Shown: positions 13,393-25,026 of the stretch, piece by piece
Numbering within the stretch: position 1 is the stretch's first letter
Layout of the letters: the number at the start of each line of letters is the position of its first letter
NCBI GenBank assembly: GCA_002269645.1
Contig: NIVC01000177.1
Coordinates: forward strand, 124,001-188,000
Reading direction: 5' to 3'
DNA length: 64,000 bases
From: Macrostomum lignano
Taxonomy: Eukaryota
The notes under the pieces: model-generated
What the model saw: the letters and a program-made list of their open reading frames with translations, nothing else
Databases searched by the model: none
What the model was told of the DNA's origin: nothing
Position numbers and translations under genes: made by a program

Positions 13393-13585
13393 GTTATCGA
13401 TTTTCTGACACGACAGCCACCTCCCCCAAAGGTCTATCGATTTTCTGACTGGCTAAAGGATAGCCATCTCCCCCGGAGGTTTATCGATTTTCTGACTGAC
13501 TACACGACAGCCACCTCCCCCAGAGGTTTATCGATTTTCTGACTGACTACACGACAGCCACCTACCCCAGAGGTTAATCGATTTT
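13393..13585. repeat. Degenerate ~46-bp tandem repeat (TTATCGATTTTCTGACTGACTACACGACAGCCACCTCCCCCAGAGG), 4-5 copies
   Basis: TATCGATTTTCTGA anchor recurs. Confidence 0.8.
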
Positions 13586-13858
13586 CTAGAATACAGCCTA
13601 CATTGAAGAATAAGATATGATTGCTCGATATCCAAAATAAAACGCTGACAACCAAGACGTTTGGAATAATCGCGCACTATGTAAAGGCGAGATACATGCA
13701 TCCGGGAGCGCATACGTACACAACACGCAACTGATTAGCTAGTAAAGTTTGATTGATAACACAGATAAAGGATCGATCAGTTAAAAGACAGCCGACAGAG
13801 ACGGCTAGGGACAACAGATCTAATTTTAAATAAAAATAAATCCGCCAGAGTGGGGAGT

Positions 13859-15509
13859 TTACGCAGCCTCCTGGTGCAGCTCGGGAAACAGTCTGAGTAG
13901 AAGAGGGTCGACCAGAGTAAACAGCAGCTGCTTGTTGACCCTAGGATACTGCAGCAGGTCGTGCAGACGGCTCAACGTCGCCTCGGCAGAGTCCGCGCCA
14001 AGCGCTTGCGACACGTCTGAGTAAGGGTAAAAAGCAAGTAGTAAAAGTTTTCATAAAATTGTTGTGATACATCAAAGTCACGATTTGAATTTTGACATCC
14101 CCTATTCTGTTAATTGAAATCCTCATTCTGCCAATTGAAATCCCACTATGCTCATCAATATCCTCATTCGGAGGATTACCAAATCAATCTTATGACCCTT
14201 AACGCTTCAAGTTTCAGAGCCACAATTTTCATGCGCGCAACAAATAAAGAACTGAGAGGACAACCACAATAAGGAGACTCACACACGCTGGAGCAGGCAG
14301 TTTTCAGGGCTGCCAAAGCGTCGGCTCGTCGTTTCTGTTTGTCGCCGTCGCCGGGAGCGACGCGACGCTCCGGGAAGAAGATTAAATCTAGGGTGGCGCG
14401 CATTGGCAGTTTGAAATTCGATAAGCTACTACTTTAAACTACTATAATACTAGTATGAGTAGTCAAGCAGCAATACGAGCTCGGGCTCACCCCTGAAGAG
14501 TTGCACAATGGGCACAGCCCTGTAGTCGCGAGTGAGTTCCAGCACCTTGGCGTTGATGAAATTGCGAATCAGTCGGTCAATCAGAGGACGCGCCAGCGGC
14601 CGGAGGCCCACAAGCAGGTGGCAGAGCCAGCGCCTCCACCAGGGGGTGTCTTCGCTGCCGCCGCCGACGCTTGCAAAGACGACTCGCTCCAGCAGGAACA
14701 GGGCCAAGTCGTAGATGCCGAACACGCGGGGCACGGACACCGGGCAGGGGGCGGTCAGGCTGGGCGACTGGTCGGGTGATAACGCCGCGTTGTTCCAGAA
14801 TAGGTAATTGTGCAGCTGCAGCCGGATGGCGGTTTAGAGAGCGATTTTTAGTGTGGGGTTGGAGGTGATTTTTATTGTGGTTGGAGGCGATTTTTATTGT
14901 GGGGTTGAAGGCAATTTTTTTGTGGTTGGAGGCGATTTTTATTGTGGGGTTGGAGGCGATTTTTATTGTGAGGGGGAAGTGGAGGCTATTTTTATTGGGG
15001 GGTTGGAGGCGATTTTTATTGTGATTTTGAAGGCAATTTTTTTGTGGTTGGAGGCGATTTTTATTGTGGGGTTGAAGGCAATTTTTTGTGGTTGGAGGCG
15101 ATTTTTATTGTGGGGTTGAAGGCAATTTTTTTGTGGTTGGAGGCGATTTTTATTGTGGGGGGTTGGAGGCGATTTTTATTGAGGGTCAGGGGTCGATTTT
15201 TTAGAGGATTGGAGGCGATTTTTATTAGGAGTTGGAAGCGATTTTTTGGAGGTTGGAGGCGATTTTTATTGTGGTGTTGGAGTTTACTTTATTCGAGGGA
15301 GGTTTGGAGGTAACTTTTACTGGGTGTTAGGGCGATTTTTAATAGGTTTGGAAGCGATTTTCATTAGGATTATTGAGAAAGTTTCGATTCGGGTTTTCAT
15401 GGCGGGTTTTGACATCGCATACGGGTAGTACGAGAATAACAATCTGAGGTCAAATTGCAAACAAACAAGTTAACTGAGCAACTAACCCGACTCTGCTTGA
15501 GCGATTCGA

Positions 15510-15541
<32 letters not shown>

Positions 15542-18500
15542 GTACCGCCGCGCGGCGCCAACGGCTCGGGCGTGGGCGCCTGAGTAGAAGCCAACAGACC
15601 GGGCAGGAAATCCTTAGCCAAAAAGAAGCCGCGCCGTTGAAACTTAGACGTGAGCCGGTTGAGACTGAGATCGGGCAGCAGGCTGGTCTCGAACTCCTGC
15701 AGCTGGTCGGACAGGAATAGGCGGAGCAGCTGAGACTGGCGCAGCAGCGGCTTGGCCAGCAGGGCGCGCAGGAAGCTCTCCAGCTCGGCCCGCTTCCCGG
15801 CTAGGAACTCCCTGCTTGAGCTGCCAATCAGCCGCTTCGACTGCAGCGGCAGGTCGCCGAGAGCGGCGCCGTGAAATTCACGAAGCTTCTCCTCCAGCAC
15901 GTAGAATTCCGAATACTTTCTGTACACCTTCCAGCTGTCGCCGCCGTTCTCTGCCGGGCAGCTAACGTGGATGACGTATTTCATCACTCCGCTGGACAGC
16001 TGGCCGTCGTCGGCCGAATTCTCGCCGAGGCCGGTGACCGTCACGCGCCAGTTGGCCATGTCGCTTTGTCGACGCTGCTGCTGTTGTTGCTGCCGTTGAC
16101 GAGAGCTGGCGGACAGAACCGAGGATGGCGGGCGGGTCAGCTGGTCGGCTAGAGAGGCGGCTTCCGGATACTCGGACGCGATGGTTGCCGGGTCGTTGCT
16201 AGGCAACATTGCCGCACCGCCAAGCGTAGAGTCCTCCAGTGCCTCCTCAGCTGGCAGCAAAGGAGGCAGCGACGAAGGGTGCTGGGCGGTGCGGACGGCC
16301 TGGCCGTCAACTATGGCCGACTGCTGCTGGCGGAAGAATCGAGACCGGCCTTGACGCTGCGGCGGCGCCAGGGAGCTGGCGAGTGTGAAAGAATAGACGA
16401 TGGCTTTCAGCGGCTTGAACAGACTGTTGGGCTGCTGATGAGGGATCGATCAGGAGGGTAGGTAGGGAGCCTACTGAGGGATCGATCAGGGGGGTAGGTA
16501 GGGAGGCTACTGAGGGACCGATCAGGGGGGTAGGTAGGCTACTGAGGGACTGATCAGGGGGTAGGGAGGCTACTGAGGGACTGATCAGGGGGGTAGGGAG
16601 GCTACTGAGGGACTGATCAGGGGGGTAGGGAGGCTACTGAGGGACCGATCAGGGGGGTAGGGAGGCTACTGAGGGACTGATCAGGGGGTAGGTAGGCTAC
16701 TGAGGGACTGATCAGGGGGTAGGGAGGCTACTGAGGGACCGATCAGGGGGGTAGGGAGGTAGGGAGGTAGGGAGGCTACTGAGGGACCGATCAGGAGGGT
16801 AGGGAGGTAGGGAGGCTACTGAGGGACCGATCAGGGGGTAGGGAGGCTACTGAGGGACCGATCAGGGGGGTAGGGAGGTAGGGAGGTAGGGAGGCTACTG
16901 AGGGACCGATCAGGAGGGTAGGGAGGTAGGGAGGTAGAGAGGCTACTGAGGGACCGATCAGGGGGGTAGGTAGGCTACTGAGGGACTGATCAGGGGGGTA
17001 GGGAGGCTACTGAGGGACTGATCAGGGGGGTAGGGAGGCTACTGAGGGACTGATCAGGGGGGTAGGGAGGCTACTGAGGGACTGATCAGGGGGTAGGGAG
17101 GCTACTGAGGGACTGATCAGGGGGGTAGGGAGGCTACTGAGGGACCGATCAGGGGGTAGGTAGGCTACTGAGGGACTGATCAGGGGGGTAGGGAGGCTAC
17201 TGAGGGACTGGTTAGGGAAGTGCAGCAATGCAGACTTCGGATGGCACACAAAAACATAAATTTAAACAGGATACGAGCTTACTAACAAAGAAACGAAAAA
17301 ACCAGTTCAACGTAGGTACAAATCATTTGAATCGAGGTAGAACCAATTAAAATTATTGGTCCAATGAGGGACCACCAGTCAGTTAAAGAAAAACACTATT
17401 TAAAAATTGTTGAGATAAGATATTAAAAATGCTGGACTAAAAGACCTCAACAAAGGGTGTAAAAGAACGACACCGCCTTACCAGCAGGACAAATACGGTA
17501 CATGCAAACTGAGTAACTTGATTCAAGGCTAAAGCTGCAGTCTCCTCTCACCCAGCTGAGCCTTCATCATCCGACAGGGCGCTCTTGGCCGCCGCCTCTG
17601 CGGTGGCGGCAGCGGCCGCTTTGGTCCGCTCCCACCACCAGGATAGGGTGGATGCGGCGGCGGCGGCGGTTGCCATGGGGTTGCTATGCCTTTTATTTTA
17701 TATCAATAGTTAATAGCATATTAATGAATAGGTTAATCAGTTATAAGGAGTGTTTTAAAAAGACCACCTGCTATTAAGAGTTAGAGGTTAGTCAGGGGGC
17801 TGTGTGCACCGCGGCGCACTTTAAGCGACATTGAGAGGCATTACTGCCCATTCCGCCGACTCCCCTGAGCAGGCACACAATCGCGCGGATACGTACGCAG
17901 TCATACGCACAGGCACACACTCACACAGGAGTGTACAGCGGCCCTAACTTTATTTTATCGTTAGGCATGCACACTTCACTGTGTCATGGGGGTTGGCCCT
18001 CAATGGCGTTAATTGCACGAGCAGAGCCAAGCCGAGATTCCAATTTAACTCCAAATTAATGTGACTGCACTTGGAATCGAGCCTGGGCCGCTGGCACATC
18101 AGAGCGCCGCGCTAGACCACTGGGCTACGGCCGGCCCCCCCTGCTATTAAGAGCAGCAAACACTCAAATAAGTTCAGAACTGGATCAATTTTCAATTGAG
18201 AGCTTAAAACTGAAAATTACCTGTCTCGCTAATTCGGCCTTCTGTTGAGTGCTGCGACAGTGACCCTTAACATTATATACTATATAGTAAAGCTTCACAA
18301 CATTTAGATAATAAAAAACAAGGGCTTCAGTACTACTAAAATATATATTATAAAATCTCTAAGCTTAGCGCAAGTGGATAAAATATGAAATTTCGAGCTT
18401 TTAATAATTGCATTTGCATCACATTAAGTCGGCGCCTTGCTTACTTGGCTTTAGCCGAACCTTGACCGCTGTCCCTGGAGCCCGACTCCTCCAGCACAAC

Positions 18501-21500
18501 CAGCTTCATGTAGCAGTCGCTATTGGCGAAGGCTGGCAGGTAGTGAGTCTCCAGAAAGTTGCACACCCGCTCGTGAGCTCTGCAATGGCGGGGAAAGAAA
18601 GATGTTGATATTTATATTATACGAGCGTAACTGTGTTGCAAGCCTCTTGCTTCACAATGCTCGGGAATTGACCAACTGTGCTCATAGCTGACCTTAGCAG
18701 TGACCAACTGTGCTCATAGCTGACCTTAACAGTGTTCAACTGTGCTCATAGCTTGCCTTAACAGTGACCAGCTGTGCTCATAGCTTGCCTTAACAGTGAC
18801 TAACTGTGCTCATAGCTGGCTTTAACAGTGACCAACTGTGCTCAAATTTGGCTTTAACAGTGACCAACTGTGCTCAAATTTGGCTTTAACAGTGTTCAAC
18901 TGTGCTCATAGCTTGCCTTAATAGTGACCAGCTGTGCTCATAGCTTGCCTTAACAGTAACTAACTGTGCTCATAGCTGGCTTTAACAGTGACCAACTGTG
19001 CTCAAATTTGGCTTTAACAGTGGCCAACTTTTTCCAACTCAAATTAAGAAAAAAATCACTTTTCAAACTCACATGAACCAAGCTGAGCTAGTCCGAAGGT
19101 TGGGCACGGAACTGGCGCCATCTTTGACAACTGGATAATAAAATACAGGGTAAATTTATTACACCCCTAATTTAAGGAGAGAGCAGGTAAAAAGATAAAA
19201 CCGGCTCACCATTTCGCAGGCAGTTCATAAACTCATCTGGAAGCTGCAGAGCCGCTATGATGTCCTTGTTGTGATGCAGAAGCGACTCGTAGATTCGCTC
19301 AATGTCCGAGTAGATTCTCTGACAGGTGTTGTCGCGAATCTCAGCCGCCACCAGGTCTTTGTTGATCATCTCTGCGGAGAATGGCGATTCAATTGGAGAA
19401 GTTACAAGCCAAATCATTGAGAAAAGATTCTCCAGACTGAGGTAATTCTCTAGCAATGTAAGAGGCGATTCCCCAGACTCATAAGGGATTCCCAGACTGA
19501 GATGGATTCCCCCGACTCAGAGGTGATTCTCCCAACTAAGAGGGGATTCCCCCGACTCAGAGGTGATTCTCCCAACTAAGAGGGGATTCCCCCGACTAAG
19601 AGGTGATTCTCCCAACTAAGAGGGGATTCCCCCGACTAAGAGGTGATTCTCCCAACTAATAGGGGATTCCCCCGACTAAGAGGGGATTCCCCAGACTCAT
19701 AAGGGATTCCCAGACTGAGATGGATTCCCCCGACTCAGAGGTGATTCTCCCAACTAAGAGGGGATTCCCCCGACTCAGAGGTGATTCTCCCAACTAAGAG
19801 GGGATTCCCCCGACTAAGAGGGGATTCCCGCAGACAGAGCTAATTCCCCAGCAGCGCAACAGGCGATTCCCAAGCAGTGTGAAAGCAATTCCTTTGCGGT
19901 ATAAGAATTCTCCAGTTTGAAAAGCGATTTACTAGTTTAACAGACAAAAAATGAAAAGGAGGTACAGAAGGCAAGCCAGCCGGCCCCTCACCCAGATCGC
20001 CGTAGAAAATCATCAGCTCCAGACTGTCGCACAATTTCATAAAATCGATGAAAGCCTGCCGAAGGCCGTGATGCTCGTACACGCTGCCAATATTGCTGGG
20101 AGGCTGCAGGCCCTGCTGCGGCTGCTGCTGCTGCTGTTGCCATTCGGCTTTGCTGGCAGCCATAGCCATCTCCGTGTACCGGTGCAGCACAGGCACCCTG
20201 GCGACTGGCTGGCCGCTCGGCTGCGGCAGCGGGAAATCGTCCAGCGCCTCCAGGATCAACCGGTTGACGGTGTGCGGATTTGCTAGCGAGTCCAGCGCCG
20301 GCATCAGCACGGCGACGGTCAGGATCTCCGTTAGTAGCATCTCTAGGCTCCTGGGGACGATTCATTGGGTTTGTTGTGATGAGCTGTTGTGGGGATGTTG
20401 TTTGTTGTGGGGATACGGGATTCTGTAGGATTATGGGAAAATAGGATATGGGATTTATAAGATTATTGGAAAATAGGATATGGGATTCTGTAGGATTATG
20501 AGAAGAGGGGATAAGGGATTCTGTAGGATTATGGGAAGCGGGGATATGGGATTCTGTAGGAATATGGGAAGCGGGGATATTGGATTCTGTAGGATAATGG
20601 GAAGCGGGGATATTGGATTCTGTAGGATAATGGGAAGCGGGTATATGGGATATTCTAGGATTATGGGAAAAGGGGTTATGGGATTCTGTTGGGAAACGGG
20701 AATATGGGATTCTGTAGGATTATGGGAAGAAGAGATACGGGATTCTGTAGGATTATAAGGAGCGGGGATATGACTCTAGGATTATAGGAAGAGATATGGG
20801 AAATGGGATCTCAAATCATAATTTTCAGCTGAAAGCGGGAAAACAGGGTTATTATTGAAATTGCTGACTGGGCTGGATATGTGAAACAATCAATGCTTAC
20901 TTGGAGCCCTTGGCCGTGGGGTGAAGCAGATGCGGCAGTACCTTGGACACAAGGCCTTTCACATAGTCATATTCTGCGGTCCGATCCTTCATGGCCACGT
21001 GCAGGTGGCCTCGCATGTTGCGCAGCATCAGCGACTCAAAGTTGGATGTGGAGCCCAGGTTGCCTGCGGATGGCGGGGTGCGGTGTCAGTCCTTGCCAGA
21101 TCCAAATTGTCAAATTTCAAATTCGGGAACGGTTCCGGAGAATTTCGGGAACGGTTCCAGTGATTTTCGGGAACGGTTCCAGTGATTTCGGGAACGGTTC
21201 CAGTGATTTCGGGAACGGTTCCAGTGATTTTCGGGAACGGTTCCAGTGATTTCGGGAACGGTTCCAGTGATTTCGGGAACGGTTCCAATCATTTTCGGGA
21301 AAGGTTCCAGTGATTTTCGGGAACGGTTCCAGTGATTTTCGGGAACGGTTACAGTGATTTTCGGGAAAGGTTCCAGTGATTTTCGGGAACTGTTCCAATG
21401 ATTTTTGGGAACTGTTCCACTCATTTTCGGGAACGGTTCCAGTGATTCTCGGGAACGGTTCCAGTGATTTTCGGGAACGGTTCCAATGATTTTCGGGAAA

Positions 21501-24500
21501 GGTTCCAGTGATTTTCGGGAACGGTTCCAATGATTTTCGGGAACGGTTTCAATGATTTCGGGAACGGTTCCAATGATTTTCGGGAACGGTTCCAGTGATT
21601 TTCGGGAACGGTTCCAGTGATTTTCGGGAACGGTTCCAATGATTTTCGGGAAAGGTTCCAGTGATTTTCGGGAAAGGTTCCAATGATTTTTGGGAACTGT
21701 TCCACTCATTTTCGGGAACGGTTTCAGTGATTTTGGGAACGGTTCCAATGATTTTCGGGAACGGTTTCAGTGATTTTCGGGAACGGTTCCAATGATTTTC
21801 GGGAAAGGTTCCAATCATTTTCGGGAACGGGTCCAATGATTTTCGGGAATTGTTCCAATCATTTTCGGGAAAGGTTCCAATGATTTTCGGGAACGGTTCC
21901 AATTATTTTCGGGAAAGGTTCCAGTGATTTTCGGGAACGGTTCCAAAGATTTTCGGGAACGGTTTCAATGATTTCGGGAACGGTTCCAATGATTTTCGGG
22001 AACTGTTCCAATGATTTTTGGGAACGGTTCCAATCATTTTGGGGAAAGATTCCAGTGATTTTCGGGAACGGTTCCAATGATTTCGGGAACGGTTCCAATG
22101 ATTTTCGGGAACTGTTCCAATGATTTTTGGGAACGGTTCCAATCATTTTGGGGAAAGATTCCAGTGATTTTCGGGAACGGTTCCAATGATTTTCGGGAAC
22201 GGTTTCAATGATTTTCGGGAACGGTTCCAATGATTTTTGGGAACGGTTCCAATGATTTTCGGGAAAGGTTCCAGTGATTTTCGGGAACGGTTCCAATGAT
22301 TTTCGGGAAAGGTTTCAGTGATTTTCGGGAACGGTTCCAATGATTTTCGGGAACGGTTCCAATGATTTTCGGGAACGGTTCCAGTGATTTTCGGGAACGG
22401 TTCCAGTGATTTTCGGGAACGGTTCCAGTGATTTCGGGAACGGTTCCAGTGATTTTCGGGAACGGTTCCAGTGATTTCGGGAACGGTTCCAATCATTTTC
22501 GGGAAAGGTTCCAGTGATTTTCGGGAACGGTTAGTGATTTTCGGGAAAGGTTCCAGTGATTTTCGGGAACTGTTCCAATGATTTTCGGGAACGGTTCCAG
22601 TGATTCTCGGGAACGGTTCCAGTGATTCTCGGGAACGGTTCCAGTGATTTTCGGGAACGGTTCCAATGATTTTCGGGAAAGGTTCCAGTGATTTTCGGGA
22701 ACGGTTCCAAACATTTTCGGGAACGGTTTCAATTATTTCGGGAACGGTTCCAATGATTTTCGGGAACGGTTCCAGTGATTTTCGGGAACGGTTCCAGTGA
22801 TTTTCGGGAACGGTTCCAATGATTTTTGGGAACGGTTCCAATCATTTTGGGGAAAGATTCCAGTGATTTTCGGGAACGGTTCCAATGATTTTCGGGAACG
22901 GTTTCAATGATTTTCGGGAAAGGTTCCAATCATTTTCGGGAACGGTTCCAATGATTTTCGGGAACGGTTCCAATGATTTTCGGGAACGGTTCCAATGATT
23001 TTCGGGAACGGTTCCAATGATTTTCGGGAACTGTTCCAATGATTTTCGGGAACTGTTCCAATGATTTTTGGGAACGGTTCCAATCATTTTGGGGAAAGAT
23101 TCCAGTGATTTTCGGGAACGGTTCTAATGATTTTCGGGAACGGTTCCAATGATTTTCGGGAACGGTTTCAATGATTTTCGGGAACTGTTCCAATGATTTT
23201 CGGGAAAGGTTCCAGTGATTTTCGGGAACGGTTCCAGTGATTTTCGGGATTATTAATAGACAACAAACCTCTGCGAAGCACATCGTTGCACACCTGGTAG
23301 TGCGCCACGGCTCCCGGTATCACCTGGTCTTCAACAAACTGGCCGATATCGCACTGAAAATCAAGTGAATTTCTGAAATTTAAGACTTGAAAATGAAACA
23401 TTATTATTGGTATAGCAATAAGTTTATTAAATCAACATACCCGAGAGCACCGATGCAGCAGTGCAGAGACGGCGTACTTCAGGTGCAAACGAACATCATT
23501 TACGAAATCTTCGCGAGAGCTAATCTCTCTGGAACATTTTAAACAAGATTTATATAATATTTTACTTGTCAGTACACAGATACTAAAATAACTAGATGGG
23601 CCACTCAGGCATATATGAGACACCACAAAAGGTGTTGGTCGATACTGACAGCAGGACGGTGGCCATGGAATACACTTAGTAAAACAGCTTTCTACTTTCA
23701 GTTCAGTAGCAAAGAAGAATACATAAGCTATTTTATAAAAATAAAGCCAGCTGAAACGACTTTGATAAGTTTAGAAGCCCAAGCTTGCAGGCGTAAATAG
23801 CTTGCTAATTGGCTCAGCAATAATGTACATTGGCCAGTCCACTGAAATGTACATGGCAGCTTTAGGCTGGAATTCCGAGAAAGGCAATAAAGATTGGGGC
23901 GGGGTGGGGGTAGTGTGGAAAGGCGCGGTTGGAGGGTTTAAGCTGGGGGTAAGAGCCAATAAATGAGCCTTGGCTTTAAAAATACATTAAAATGCTTCTG
24001 TTTAACTTACTACTGAACTGAAAGTAGCTTGCACGCAAATGTGCTGAGTGGCCCATCTGGTTATTCTAGTATCTGTGGTTAGTACTCAGTTTGAAGGCTC
24101 AATACAATAATATTTAACTCACTTATACCAACAGAGAATGTATCTGTCTATCACGAGCTCAAAAAACTGTAAATGAAAAGATGTAATAAACAAATAATAA
24201 AGCTTCATTTGCTAGACTTTATGATACTTAATTGGGTGTGCAAGCTGAGTAAAACAGAGGCTGAACTCACCTCGAACAAAGCGTCGCTGACTGGCTCGTC
24301 AACAGTAAAGTTGATGTTCAAATAGGGCGGAAACGAGCTGGTCGATGCACTTCTGAAGTCAATCGAATAGTTACAGTAATAAAATACAAACTGCATCATT
24401 GTAAAGTAGAGTTCCATGTCCGTAGCTAATTAATTTCCCGAAAATTTCCAAAAGTATTAATAAGCAATCCAATGGCAAGACTTCTTTTATTCTTTTACTA

Positions 24501-25026
24501 TAATAAAGTGATGAAGTAAAGAGTGACAGCAATAGTTTAACCTAACACTCATTAACATCTAATTTATTAATGGTACAAGAAAAATGGCTAGGATTGCATT
24601 TATCTTAACTTCAGCCCCCCACCACCCATCTACACAATGTGCCACATATAAAAAACATCTATATTCATAACTTCCCATAGCCACATCTATTACAGTGGAA
24701 CTCTATTGTAAAGCTGTTTTCATCATCAAAGCTGCTTACTTACCTTGGCCTATAGCAGTTAGAATTTCCACAGACTGTGCAATGTGGCTCTGCAGAGCAG
24801 CTTACTGACTCACTTGATTCTGAGCTATTGTCTTCATAGCGAATCCAGTTTGTCTTACTAGAAATTGAATAGTTAAATAAAAATTCAAAGATTTACAAAA
24901 TGTATGTTTGAAAACAATGAAATACTTAAATGCAAATTTACTCACTCAGTCAGATACCAAATGACTGCCAGGCCAATCAAAAATGATGACACATAGAGTA
25001 GAAGATAGAGCAGAATTGAAAACATT
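13859..25026 (-). CDS. SNX14: Sorting nexin-14-like (TM-PXA-RGS-PX-Nexin_C), about 980 aa. Exons (minus strand): 24946-25026, 24744-24857, 24271-24352, 24123-24166, 23441-23528, 23269-23353, 20901-21063, 19992-20350, 19210-19371, 19073-19130, 18445-18579, 18221-18251, 15487-16434, 14491-14815, 14283-14387, 13859-14016. The first coding exon may lie further upstream.
   Basis: All 15 junctions are GT-AG and phase-consistent. Motifs resemble human SNX14: PHCTVCG, FFELVIDRYILCWYKEIS..EDFVNDVR, LHVAMKDR, KSLEMLLTEIL..LMPALDSLANPHTVN, RGS AHERVCNFLETHYLPAF, PX WKVYRKYSEFYVLEEKLREFHG, GIYD..ERVVF, LQYPRVNKQLLFTLVD..LFPEL*. Confidence 0.93.
14864..15300. repeat. Degenerate ~24-bp minisatellite (TGGAGGCGATTTTTATTGTGGGGT) in a SNX14 intron
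   Basis: Lies between exons 14491-14815 and 15487-16434. Confidence 0.9.
16441..17210. repeat. 31-32 bp G-rich minisatellite (GAGGGACTGATCAGGGGGGTAGGGAGGCTACT) in a SNX14 intron, abutting the acceptor
   Basis: Directly visible. On the minus strand the terminal copy supplies ctgatcgatccctcatcag|. Confidence 0.95.
17781..18139 (-). mobile_element. tRNA-derived SINE, apparently full length (359 bp), with a 14-bp target-site duplication
   Basis: Minus-strand head GGCCGTAGCCCAGTGGTCTAGCGCGG...GGCTCGATTCC has Pol III A/B boxes. CCTGCTATTAAGAG flanks both sides (17767-17780 and 18140-18153). The 3' part recurs inverted at about 48526-48748. Confidence 0.88.
18668..19028. repeat. 32-bp minisatellite (GTGACCAACTGTGCTCATAGCTGACCTTAACA) in a SNX14 intron
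   Basis: About 11 copies. Confidence 0.92.
19463..19830. repeat. 20-bp minisatellite (GGATTCCCCCGACTAAGAGG) in a SNX14 intron
   Basis: Two alternating variants are visible. Confidence 0.92.
20410..20800. repeat. Degenerate 33-bp minisatellite (GGATTCTGTAGGATTATGGGAAGCGGGGATATG) in a SNX14 intron
   Basis: About 11 copies. Confidence 0.88.
21123..23248. repeat. 21-22 bp minisatellite (TTTTCGGGAACGGTTCCA[G/A]TGA)n, about 2.1 kb, filling a SNX14 intron
   Basis: Starts about 20 bp from the donor at 23268 and ends about 60 bp from the acceptor at 21064. It accounts for the many spurious ORFs here. Confidence 0.97.

Noticed and set aside
21028-23401. Many overlapping ORFs (EPFPK/NHWNRS repeats)
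   Set aside because: Artefacts of the intronic 22-bp array. Only 23269-23353 is a real SNX14 exon.
24790-24813. Possible 24-nt intron (gtgagt...tgcag) in SNX14
   Set aside because: It reads through in frame without a stop (SSESVSCSAE) and is too short for typical splicing, so I treated it as exon.
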